DNA of 64,000 nt from the human T2T-CHM13v2.0 reference genome, Homo sapiens, in the NCBI RefSeq assembly GCF_009914755.1, contig NC_060926.1; one strand, written 5' to 3'. Positions 13,986 through 28,702 of the stretch are shown here, in pieces. The position numbers were made by a program, and so were the translations under genes. Position 1 is the first letter of the stretch. Every line of letters begins with the position of its first letter. The notes under the pieces are model-generated. The model searched no databases and was not told the DNA's origin. It was given only the letters and a program-made list of their open reading frames with translations.

Positions 13986-14678
13986 AGTCCTGGCTTCACA
14001 TTCCTTGGGGGTCAAACCTTTAAGGGGAGGGCTTTTATTTCAAATTTCAGAGCCTAATTCAGGAAAATAATAGAATCTTCCTAAAGCAAGTTGGTATCGC
14101 CCAGGCAGCATATTAGAAAAGACTTAGGAAGTTATGTGGACAGCAGGGTGAAGAGAAAGTAGCTGGGAGTTCATGGGTGCCCCAGGGGGACTGAGGAAAT
14201 GCCAAGAGAACCAATCAGCTAGAACTGGCCAGGAAGCTGCTGGGGGTGGTGGAGGGGGCTTGCCAAGAGGCTGCCACAAGGACCACAGACTTAAGTAGCC
14301 AGAGCTGGTGGCCAGGGCTGGCACAAAGTACTCATCACACCCACACCATAGTCACACGGGGCTGGCACAGCATCACAGCCAGAGTTGCGACCAGCCACCT
14401 CTCAGTTAACCCAGAAAGACCCAACAGGCAAGATGTGTACCAGGGGTCCTTCTCTTGAAGGTCACAAAATCATCACAACCATAGGTGAGTTCCCTGGTAC
14501 CTAGATGTCAGCTGGGGAGGAGAAAGAGCTCTGATTAGGAGTACTTTAACCAGAAGAGATTGAGATACTTTAATAGTCAAGTTTAAATAATAGTCCCTGA
14601 ATGCAGCCACCACCCTACTCCCCATCACCAGGAAAAAGTGGAGCCAGATAGATCAGTTATAGAGAAAATAAGAAGTTG

Positions 14679-14838
14679 TTTTCCTTCCTTTCTTCCTTCC
14701 TTGCTTCTGTCTTTCCTTCTCTCCTCCCCTTCCCTCCTCTGCCTCTCCTCCCTTCCCCTCTCCTCTCCTCTTCTTTTTTCCCTCCCTCTCTCTCTCCTTC
14801 CCTACATTCCTCCCTTCCTCCCTCCTTCTTTCTTCCTG
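14679..14838 (+). repeat. CT-rich low-complexity (TTCC/CCT) tract
   Basis: Nearly pure pyrimidine run of about 160 bp. Confidence 0.92.
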
Positions 14839-15196
14839 TATTTTTTGAGTTATGTATGATGCCATTCCATATATATACCCCCTTTGTAAGGACAAGTAAG
14901 AAACTAGACCCAATTATCTCTTCCTTTCATCCACAAGAATACTAAAAGTCATAGAGAAACACTTACAGGAAACTAACTGATTTGAGTGGTGTCTTTTTTT
15001 TTTTTTTTTAATATCTGATGAAGTTGTTTTTAGGGAACACTGGATTGCTTTTAAAGTACTTTCATCAGTATCCAGAGAAAGTGTCCTGGAGTAGCAACTT
15101 ATATCCTCTTTTCTAGTTTGTCAGTTTCTAACTCCCATTCTACTATTTCAACTATATTTTAAAGTTTTTTCTCCCTTTTTTCCAGAGAACCTATTA

Positions 15197-15639
<443 letters not shown>

Positions 15640-16300
15640 TTAATAGAGAGGCACTACCCTTACCAAAATTTTCCTACTCTTAATGGAAAGAGAAAATTAT
15701 TCTGGCTAGATGCTGGCCAGGTCACATCCTTTTGCATTATCTGTGAGAAAATATCCACTCCAAAATCAAAAGCCAGTTTGGGATGAGCTAAAAATCAGAT
15801 TACATTCATAATAAAAATGGAATCTCTCAGTTCTTAACAAACAAAAGATTTATAATGACTCTGCACCACTGACATTCTAGGTACACTGAGATTTGGTTAA
15901 GTTGAGAATGAAAATAAGGAGCCAGAACTTAGCTTGCTATTGCAGACAAAAGCTCAAAATGATACTGTGACATGAGGGTTTCTGTTTATCCCTAAGGCTG
16001 GTGTGGCAATTTCAAAGTTTGATTGTGTCTTTTTTTCTTCCTTCTTCTTCTTTTGTTTTCCCCCCCTCCAAAGACGTTGAGCAGCAGGGCTAATGGATCC
16101 CCAGCAGGGTGCAAAGACAGCAGAAAGTGCAGGAATCAGATGTCAATGTATTCCTTCGAGATACCCTGCTAGGACACAGCTAACTAACCAGGGCTTGAGT
16201 CTTCTCTTGGGGAATGTGCTTTGATGGTTCCCTGCCCACTCTTGGCTTCCTGATTAAAAGGCTGTCACCCATAAATCACGACTTCATCCTGTTACAATCA

Positions 16301-16333
16301 TTTTCTTTCTTTCTTTCTCTCTTTCCTTCTTTC

Positions 16334-16401
<68 letters not shown>

Positions 16402-16455
16402 TCCTTCTCTCTCTTTCTTTCTTCTCTCTCTCTCCTTCTCTGTCTCTCTCTCTTT
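16301..16455 (+). repeat. (TTTC)n tetranucleotide microsatellite with CT flanks
   Basis: Long pure TTTC run at about 16335-16400. Confidence 0.97.
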
Positions 16456-19400
16456 AAGGAAAAGTCTGAAGATTAAAAAGAGAGCAAGTTCCAGAGAACT
16501 CTATGCTCACATATAAACATATGGATATAAGCCTGGCCTACATCCTTATTAGATAACTATCCATCGATTTGGGACTGTTCTGTGCATGTGTCCTACCCAC
16601 CTGGCATGTTGGGAGAGCTAAATCAATACCACAATGACATGCTGTCTTTCTCCACTTGAGATAGAACCAGTCAGCCTCTCTCGTTGACAATATATATGGT
16701 AAAGAGGGCCTGCACATCGTTTTTTTCTGTTTTATTTAAATATTTTTATATATTTTCTGTCTGTCGCTTTCTGTCAATCTCAAGATTACTTAGATAACTT
16801 CCTAGTGAATAGATTTTGGAGGAGGAGGAGTTCCTCATTGTTTTCCCTCAATGTAGTAAAAAATTGAGTGGAACTTGAAGCTATCAGAGATAAGAGTTTC
16901 GATTTTAAATGCACTGGGCATCCAAAATATACCGGTGCAGGTGCCAATTAGGCACATAAATAAGTAGCCCTTCAGGCACTGAGAGTAGTGATAATCTTCC
17001 CCTTTGCTTGGAGAAGAGCTAAACTCAGCAAACAGGAACACAAACAGAAAGTGCTTTATCTATTTGATATTTGACAAGCACAACCCTTTTAAAACCATGA
17101 AGTAAAACTGAACTACCCAGTGAAAGTCAATGAAGTCAAAAAGCTGTACCAAAACCATATGCATAGGTACTGCCCAGCAGCCTGGCCACCTGCCCCTGCC
17201 AAACTCGCTGTTCTGTCCCACTGCTGTACTCAAGAGCCTCCAGCCGTGGGGTGCCCTGGGTCAACTCCCACCCTCTGTAGACTCCAACTCTCCAACCTCC
17301 TCCACCTGCAGGAAGATCCCAGCTCTCTCTATGAGAGTGCTTGCCTTGGGCTCTACATGAAGGTTCTTGCCACCCAACCTTGCCCTACCTTGGGGTCAGG
17401 CCTTAGCTGTTAGAGGGGACATGCTTTGTCTCATGTGTACTCCTCGGTATTCTTTTGCCATATGCCTAGACCAACATGGTAAAGCAAAGCTGAATTCTTA
17501 TGCTGTATTTCAGACCAATCACATCAGGGATTCCTGCCACCTGCACACTTCCCACTTGCCTTCGATCCTCTCAGACTCCTTATGATTGCATTTTTATGTT
17601 CAAAACCCCAAACTTGACTTTCACTGAGTTATCTCAGTGAATGGTGTCACATCAGTGACCTTCCTGGCTTGTCACTTCCTCAAGGTGTTGTGTCTTCCTA
17701 CAAATGGTGATTCCTGCCCACTGATTGATTCAATTTCATTTCGGAAGCACCAACAGTTAATGTGAGATTATCCAGTTAAATAGTGGAGGGAAGGGAGAAC
17801 ACTGCATGAGATCAAATAAAATAAAATAGGACCCTCAGAGAGGATACTTAAACTCACCCTACAAAGTTTCAGTTGAGGGCTCTTAAAATGATTGGTTTCA
17901 AAGCCTTGTATAAAACTTACAAATGAAATAATGAGATCTTTTTTTACTTAGTGATGACAAGGAATCAAAAAGAGCAAGATTTTCACCCCCTGTTAAATGA
18001 AAAGATACAGCAGCAAGTATGAATATGAGCTTCTGTAAATAGCTCCTTCCATATTCCCTTTCAGCATGACACATCTCTCCCCAGTTAGTTAAATAATAAA
18101 AAAATGGTGCAAGAAATTTCCATCAGAGGTGAAGTAGGGCATTAGAAAGGTCACTACACCAAAACAAAGGTCAGGGGTGAGCAGGACACAACTCTAATTT
18201 GGTGGGAGCATCACTTAATCTTTCTATATGTTAATTTCCTGAAGCTGAAAATAGCAGATGTATCTAACCGACAGATAAGTAGTAAAGTAAAACAGATGTG
18301 AAAAATCAGGACGATATATAATGTGAAGGGATAATATTACTCCCTAAATTCTAGAAACTGCTATTTCCACTTAAATTCAAGTAACTTCCTTTGTAACCTA
18401 AAGATTTCAAAGCATTTAATAGGAAGCATAAGATAAGCCCTAAAGGATTGTCAATCAGTAATAAAACAAATTAACATGGAAAACCATATGAGGATCCTTT
18501 ACAGCCTTTCCTATAACCAACACATAGGAAGAGTGTGTAGACTTTGAGTTCACTCCAAAATAGCTTTGCAAACTAGTACCAAAACTTAATCAGCTTCCCA
18601 CCCCAATACATATCTTCATCCTCCTAAGCTTTACCCAAAGTAAAAGGAATGTAGTAATTGCATGAATAATTTCTTCATCCCATTTATTGCCTAAGTGTGC
18701 ACACAAAACTGAATAACATTAAAAAGTAATTCAACATGTATAGTCAAGGTCAGTTTTGCAAAGCAAGAAACACCTGACCCAAAAGTTGTTGAGCTTTGCA
18801 CATGGGGGACCGCTTATTCGGAGACACTGAGGATGGGAGGAGCAGACAGGAAGAAAAAAGAGTTGAGGATCCCCTTAAAATAAAGTATACATCATTTTCT
18901 ATTTTGTTTGCCCAATCTTCCATTATTAAATAAAAGAACATTATGTTCCTTTTATAACTAAAATAAGCAATTGTAGATTATTTTAAAACTTTACCTGATT
19001 TTATGGTATCATGTATTTAATGGCTAATATAAAACAAAAATGAATTTATTTTTGTTATAGTTATCAAAAATTACATATCCATCTTCAAGACAGTATTCTA
19101 AGTTTGTTTTCAGAGTTCTGTGACAGGGCTCAGCAGTTCCTAAAAGTGCTGAAAACAAAGTGGTAGATGATCTTGAACTTGATGGTTGTGAGGTCCTTAA
19201 AAAACAATACTGTGTTTTTAATGGGGTTACATAGGGTGAGGAACTAAAGAGCTTTTGCTTTCCCTGCATGTTTCTCACTTTGAAGTTAGGAAAGCAGCTC
19301 AGTCTGATTGAGCTAGGTTGGGGGTAAAGAACTTGCCAGGTTTTTACAAATGAAAGCAAATGCTTAGAAGTAGAATTAAAAGCCAATGTACAATAAACTG

Positions 19401-19639
19401 TTAGTGTTAACTGATGCCAGCCCTGATCCGCACTCAAAAAGTGCAGTGTGAACCATTCAAAGCGACACTTTTCTCCTTTCAGAAGGAGAGGCCTACACAC
19501 CAAGTAGCAGAGCTGGAAACATTAGCACATCTCGCTCAGAATTCACTGGTTGGGATTTGTCTCATGCATCTCAGAGACAGGCAGATTTTGAAGCTGGAAG
19601 GTGCGTCACAAAACCCCCTGTCTCAGACCATGGGGTCAG

Positions 19640-19855
19640 AGCCGAACACCATGTTTCATGGAATCCTCATTCCCACATTATATTAATAAAGAAAATTTGT
19701 AAAAAAAAAAAATTTCCATGGTCAAATATGTTTGAGAAATTGAGCTGATCAAGTTTAAACATGTTTCTTGGGCCTGTGAGCTTTTTTTGAACAGATAGCT
19801 ATTAGATGATGGCTGGATGTTCATGTTCTATGGGACACAGTTTGAGAGATAGTAA
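19640..19855. mobile_element. hAT-Charlie MITE fragment (MER103C/MER112-like)
   Basis: aaaaatttccatggtcaaatatgtttgagaaa motif shared with copies near 38940 and 60880. Confidence 0.45.
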
Positions 19856-21451
19856 ATAAAATATTAGTATCCCTGGTTTACAGACGAGGGAGTGGAGGCC
19901 CATGGAGATTATATCCTAGAAAGTGGAGAACGCAGGTCTGCAGCCTCCTAGAACCAACTCTTCCCAGCCAGGGCACAGTCAGAAATCCAAGAAAGACAAA
20001 CTGCAGCCAGAGCTCTCCGCAATGTGCATACCCTGGAAATGTCTCCTCAAATGAGTGCTTTTGAGAAATACACACTTTTCCTTTTCTGATTCAGTCAGAA
20101 CATGTAGGCCCTCCCAAATCAAAGTACCTGATACAAAGGCATGCAGATGCTATCAATCCACTCCAGTTGCAACCGAGGCAGTTCATCCTTCCGGTTCCGA
20201 TCAAAAATTGCCTAGAATGGGGGGCAGGAAGAACCTTGCTTTATTACACCAAAGTATTTTAGAGGGTGCTTTGTCAAACACTTTGCTAGAATGATCCATT
20301 TTTTTTACAAACTGAACCCTTCACAAATCACAATCAATCTTTACACATACTTTCTTTTCCTTTATCTATGATGAGAAATAAAATGTTTTTACCTCTTTTT
20401 ATGAGATCTGTAAGCAAATTTACTTGAACTTTCTAGCGTGCAACTTCTTGGGGCAAAAACCTGTCTTCAAATATAAGTAACTGCTACTAAATCAAGTCAT
20501 CAGGTCACTGCGAATTGGGTACAGGTCAAGGGGAAAGGAATATGTTTTACTGCCACAAAAATAATGCAGGCTTTTATTTCTGCATTATGAGAGGTTGGGA
20601 TAGAATAGGACAAATTGGAAAATATCCTTAAAAGCAATTTTATTGTAAATAGAAACCATTTATACTAATTTTTCTGGGTAGGGGTTGATTTGGCAATTGC
20701 ATATGTTTTTCAGTAAGGTTCTGTCATTAATAAATTTTTAAATATTTATTTATCATTGTATGGATGATGGTGGGTGGACTCATTATCTCTTCATTCCCAG
20801 CCCTTAAGCTTTATGATGATATAATGTTTGAGATAATTTAGGTATATTTTTGAGAAAAATAAATGACATTTTTCTGTTGGGCAGACTTAAGGGAAACAAT
20901 CAATTGGAATTTTAGTGTTAAAATTAATTCACTGAACAAACACTGCCAATTCTGTGCCAGTGAGACTGTCTCTCCCTTTGTTCTTAAGGAGTCAGGCCCA
21001 GACCAGAGAAGCTCCCTTGTGCCCTTACTTATCTAGAAGACTGGGCTATCTAGTTATAACTTGCCCTTCCTTAATGTTATATAGTAAGTTTTATCTTTCC
21101 TTTACATAAAATGTGGCATTCACATTATTTTGGTGTCCTTATAGGCCATGAGGGTGGAGCCAAGCAATCCCTTTGGTCCAGAGATGTAGGAAAATCCTGC
21201 ATCCTTCAGATGTATGAACAAGAGTGGGAGTGGGTGGGGCAGAAATCTCTAGCTGCCAAATCTGAGGAAAATATCTCCAAATTGGGGAGAAGGTCACTGA
21301 TTCCACCAGGCTCTTCTCATCCTTGTCTTGCAATGGAAGATGGGAAATAGCAGGAAAGAAGACTGGAATTTGGAGAAAATTGTGAAAATGTGCTGGAGAG
21401 AGGGATAGTTCTTGTGAATAATATGAGTCTTGATCCAAAATGTTTCTTTAG

Positions 21452-21804
21452 AGCTGGCTGTGGTGGCTCATGCATGTAATCCTAGCACTTTGAGAGGTTG
21501 GGGCAGGAGGATCACTTGAGCCCAAGAGTTCAAGACCAGCCTGGACAACAGAGTGAAGCCCCTGTCCCTACAAAAAAAAAAAAAAAAAATTAGCCAACTG
21601 TGGTGGCACACACTTGTCGTCTCAGCTACTCAGGAGGCTGAGGTGAAAGGATTGCTTAAGCCCAAGATGTCGAGGCTGTATTGAGCTACAATCATGTCAT
21701 TGCATTCCAGCCTAGGTGACAGAGTGAGACTCAGTCTCAAAAAAAAAATAATAAAAAATAAATAAAATAAAATAAAATAAAATAAAAATAAAGAAATAAA
21801 TACA
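21452..21804 (+). mobile_element. AluJ with (TAAAA)n tail
   Basis: Dimeric Alu; perfect 15-bp TSD caaaatgtttcttta at 21436-21450 and 21805-21819. Confidence 0.96.
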
Positions 21805-21834
21805 CAAAATGTTTCTTTAAAAAATATTATTCTG

Positions 21835-22149
<315 letters not shown>

Positions 22150-22219
22150 CTATAGTTCTGTCTAAAATTTTCATATTTATTTAATTATTCCATTTCTAGT
22201 GGATATTATAAAGTTACTT

Positions 22220-23815
<1,596 letters not shown>

Positions 23816-23889
23816 AGGGGATTTATTATTGTACTAGTCACTTCTTAATCAATGCTTGATGAGAAAAAAAATGAGTGTGAGGCCCCACA

Positions 23890-24090
23890 CAGTCCTGTGC
23901 TTCACAGCATTTTGCATCTCATAAAATAAGTATTAGTAATCATTTATTTCATGTCTGTATTTCCCACCAGTTGACAAGATCCTTGAGGGCAGGGAAGATG
24001 GTGTCTTACTTATTGCTGGATACAAGGTGCCTTGCTTCATGCCTGACACATGGAGGCACTCAGGCAGGCTTTCCTAACTGACTCACTGCT
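23890..24090 (+). mobile_element. L2 3' end
   Basis: aagatccttgagggcaggga...tgcctgacacatggaggcactca. Confidence 0.65.
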
Positions 24091-27000
24091 TCCAATCCTG
24101 ACCCTCTGGCTGTGGGCCAGATTAGCCTTTGTCTCCATGAAGTGACTCCCATGACTCCTGGGACCATGATACCTGAGGGGGCTCCAGGACAGTTTTCCTC
24201 CTAAATATCAAGGGATAATGGGAACAGCAGCTGTCAGCTCTGGGTGCATGCATTTACAGATATTTCTGGAAAAGAACTGAGGGCTAACCCTGCCACATCA
24301 GCCAGGCCTCCCCTGAGGAGATGGTCATCAGTGGTGCTCCGTAGTCTTTGTGAGAAGACAGGAGCATTTAGAGCTATGTTTCTACCGCAAAATTAATTTC
24401 ATTTATGTCTACAGAAAATGCCTTACCTGAGCCTACAGATAAAGGCTCCTTAGTGCTGCGCTACTGCACCCACCAGCTCACCAGTGCTGGCAATTTACTC
24501 ATATTTTTTTCATTTAATTAAATGACCTGTGGTATTGCTGCATTGTAAACCCTTCAGAGTATGCCTCTGAAACAGTTTTTAAAGGGGGAAAAGCTTTTAT
24601 TTGAAAGTAGATATGACAGAATTTGGGTCATGCTAGGTTTTATACATTAACTGTATGTATCCCAAGCTAATATTTTTATTTTTATAACCAAATTTGATGA
24701 CACCACCAAAAAAGGGATGTTTTGAGAAACTAAGTCAATGTTGCTTTGAAAACTCAAATGATTGTTGTGTGTGTTTCAACCTATGTAGCCTCCTGATCTT
24801 TTGTACATAAGCAACCAATTAAGAATATTCAAAATTAGCAAGACTGTGCGTTCTGACTTCAAGCAGATGAAACTATTCAAACTAGGAGCTAGTTCTCTTG
24901 CTTTTCCTTGTTTTTAAATGTCAGCAAAGAAGGATGTCTTAAAACTTGGAGACCTTATAAATACCTCCAAATGTTCAAGCTCAGTTAATTTGGGTTCTCA
25001 TAAACAGACATTCTTGACAATTGATACCTTCCTTGAGTATCACTAAATCTACTGTGCTATGCTAGGCTTTAAAATGCTTTGCACCACTCTCAGAGTCATT
25101 GGGTTATATGTTTTTAGCTAATCATTGGTTAGTAATAAAGAGGCTGCCCCTCTTGAGGTGGTGACTGACGCAGTTATGTCTTCTGCATCCTTATGCTTAA
25201 AAACAGCATCATCTTGAGCGTAAAGTAAACATTCTTAAGTAATAACTGAGCAGATGAGTCCAATATAAATAGCGTTCAAATCACCAGAACCTAGTTCCCC
25301 AGGTGAAACTTTTTCATTTTACAGACAAAAGAAACAGAGATTTGAAATGATTTGCTTTTGGGATTTTGAAAGTTGGAAATTGGAAAATAAAATCTAGCTT
25401 CTCAAAGCTAGAAAGCCTTCCTTTAATTTTTGATGCACAGTGTTTCTATTCTAAAGTAGGCATACATGAAATGCCAGCACTGGGCTTTGAATTATTCAAA
25501 CTCCACTTTGCTCATCCTCCCTCGTGCCTACTTGTCCCACTGTGGGTGCGCAGGAAATGCTTGTTAAGTAGCTCACCACTCTTAATCAGAAACTTGGGAA
25601 TAAGAGTGTTTAGCATTTGAGTTTAATTAAGGTTTTAAACTTTCAGGAGTTCTTCCTTAAACCCATTTTCAGTCTTTCCCATTTCCAACTTGTAATTTGG
25701 AGTTCTTTTTGAAAATGTCATTCAAAAGGGTAAATACGTTATAATTAAAGGATGAACTCACTGAAGGAGTGAGTTTGAGCTCTAATCTCTCCCGATCTCC
25801 TTGTTCGAAGAACTCACTGGTTACAAGTTCTGCCACCTGAAACATATAAATATTTTAATCTGTGGTTATGTGTAGTTTATCACGAGACTCAGAAGTTCTT
25901 TCTTGCTTATGTATTTGGTGATCCTCATCAACACAATCATTTAAAAAGCTTATGAGGAAGTAAGTATATTAACCTTTCATGTTTGAAGGTGTTATAGAAC
26001 TTAATGAAACTGATTTCCTTTTAATCAGGACAACTTGTGCAATGTAATTTTAGATGCATGCCAACAGGCAATCTCCCACAGTACGGCTTCCATATTTGGG
26101 ATGAGGCAACAGGTTGCCAGCTTCAAAGCAGGAAAAGTTCTTATACAGAAAAGTGAAGCAAATATTCATTTAATAATAATGTGTAATTATTATTATATTA
26201 TGTAATGATAGTTTAGCCACTTTTTATTATTTCTATGTAGATTATTTATTTTGTTGCATACTTTTATGTTAGCCCAGCTTCAATTTGCCACATGAAAACT
26301 CCTCAACTCCCTCCCTACCAATATTTGTATGCACTCTGGGAGGGATAACCCCAGGGCACATCCTCTGCTTCCTACTGTTGCAATCAATCAAGAGGCAGGA
26401 CTAATGCCAGATTCACTGTTCATAGCAGACTTTTACAGTAGGTCACGGTATAGTTTGAAGAGCGTGACTTGGTCTTCAGGCTCTCTGGATCTACGCACTA
26501 AAAGTGTTAATTTATGGTAGGCTGTACTTGGTACAAGGACAATGGGATGCTTGTTCTACCTGAAACCTTAAATAGAGACTTATATTTTTCTACTTTTAAT
26601 CCATTAGCTTGGATGGTCAGCAGCTACTGATTATTGCCAAGCTAAACAGATTTTTTTTTTCTTTTCCACACCTTCACTTCTCAGGATAGTGTGTGGGAAG
26701 CAAATTGATATGACAGATTAAATGTTGAATGGCTATTTTCAACGCTACTACAGTGTCATCTAGGACATTTCTGAGATGAACTAGCTGGATTTAAAAAAAT
26801 ATTGGAAGAGTAGAATAAATCCCAGACAACTTCATGGTAAGAGGACATGGATACCAAACAAATTTTTCTCTATTCCAAGTTCTTATGAAGATAAGGTTCT
26901 TAAATCTGGCAAAGATGAGACAGTTTAATTTTGGTCAAGTGCACAGTATCAAGATAATTTAACTCCGTTGATCTCTCAAGAGATTTGCTCAATCACAGAT

Positions 27001-28589
27001 TATAGATAAAACTGAAACACAATGCTAAACTCACACACACACATCTGAGAGTAGCATGTGTGCAGTCACATATAAAGAAATCAAATATCCAGTAAGTTCA
27101 GATTTCTATATTTCTGTTAAGAAACATGGGCCCCTTTCAAGAATTCAACCACAAAAAACTAGTTGGAACTGACTGAAAAATCCCCTTCACCCCAGCCTCT
27201 TGTATATGTGCCTGTTTTCTAGGACTCAATTCACTTGTCTCCTCTCCAGTCTCTCCTGCTACCCTGCATTTCAGCACACCAGGCTTCTCTCTTCTTTCTC
27301 TGGCCTTCCTTTGAAGAGGAAATGGTCCCCTAAGGGTATGACCTCATTTATTCAGTTCCCAGAACTCTCCCTCAGATTGCTCTAAGCTAGGTCTTTTGCA
27401 TTAAAGAATGTAAATGTGCACATCAGGCGCCTCAAGGTGGGAGTCCTGCATAGGTCTGTAGCCCCTGGAAAGAAAAGAAATTAAAACAAAATTCTGTCGT
27501 TGCTCTTTCTCAAGTACTTGTTGGTATCTCCCCTGTGCTCCTTTCAAGCTTAACTTGCACAACTGCTTTGTTGGTACTTAAAAACCCAATCAGGAACATT
27601 AAGTGGTTACTGATTGAATTTTTTATTAAAGAAGGAAATTGAGATGCTAATCAGGCCTTGGGGGAATCACTGGGGAAACCCACATGCTTAGAGTCTTGTT
27701 GCAGGAAGGGAAAGTGGAATAGACCCCAGCAGAAAACATTTTGAAAGGGAATTTTAAAAAATCAACATCCAGGAAGTTAGAGAAATATTTTTTAAAGAAG
27801 GGCCTATTGTTTTCTCCAAATGTTTCCTAAAATTTTGAAGTGAGCATTAAAAAAAAAAAAATTTAACCCATCAATTTGGAGACAAACAAGAATGAGATTG
27901 CTAGCTTAGAACTGTGACAAGCTTTCCGATGGAAACATTAGGAAAAACACGGTTTTGTGTTTTATTTCCCTGAGCTCTTATGTTTCTGCACTTTTCAACA
28001 GAAACTCACATCCAGAAAATAAAATAATATTTACACTAGTGACCGAGAAGACCACCTACAAGCAGCTACTGGGCCTCCCAAGTTGGCCTAAAATATCAAG
28101 GCAGAAATTTTTTTCCTTGCAAGTACTTTGCCCTGTCACTTTCCTGTTCCCTGGGGCTACTGCTCCTTGAGTTCTTGACGTGCGTTTCACTGTGGTTTCT
28201 GAAGGTGCTGGCACATCATACCTCACCCCATTCCCTTTCTGCTCTTCTCTAGTTTTCTCTCAGTCCTCCTAACTTCCTCACACTCTCCACCTCCTTCCAT
28301 CCCTATTACAGGAGCCTCCCCCAGTACTACACTTTTTCCCAATACCTGGAAGAGCCTCCTACCTCTTCCCTGCAGTCTACTCACCAACTCTCCCAGAAGG
28401 GAGGCCTTCCCACATGGGAAAGGGGAGGGGGTAAGATGAACAGTGGGCAGAGATGTGGAAAGAAGCTAGTCAACCACACAAATTCTTCACAATTATCCTG
28501 CTTTATGTGACTTTTTGTAACTTCAAATATGTCACACTGAAATTTAAACCAAAGCACAATTGGTGAAATACTCTATTGGAAAACTGCCT

Positions 28590-28702
28590 GATGTACATTG
28601 GACAGTGTGAGCAAGAAATAAACCTTTATTTGTGTTGAACAATTGGAATTTAAGAATATACTTGTTACTGAACCAAGGCCTAGCCTAGCCTTGACTAATA
28701 CA
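28590..28702 (+). mobile_element. MLT1I/J 5' LTR (3' portion only)
   Basis: gtgagcaagaaataaaccttt...cttgttactg...cctagccttgactaataca. Confidence 0.75.

Larger units (their letters stand above)
13531..14967 (+). mobile_element. Ancient solo LTR (MamGypLTR/LTR78-like) with internal simple-repeat expansions
   Basis: TGTAA...TTACA inverted termini; 5' end resembles ancient eutherian LTR starts; family assignment uncertain and no TSD seen. Confidence 0.45.

Noticed and set aside
19024-19503. 159-aa minus-strand ORF
   Set aside because: Non-ATG start, no homology recognised, composition typical of non-coding DNA
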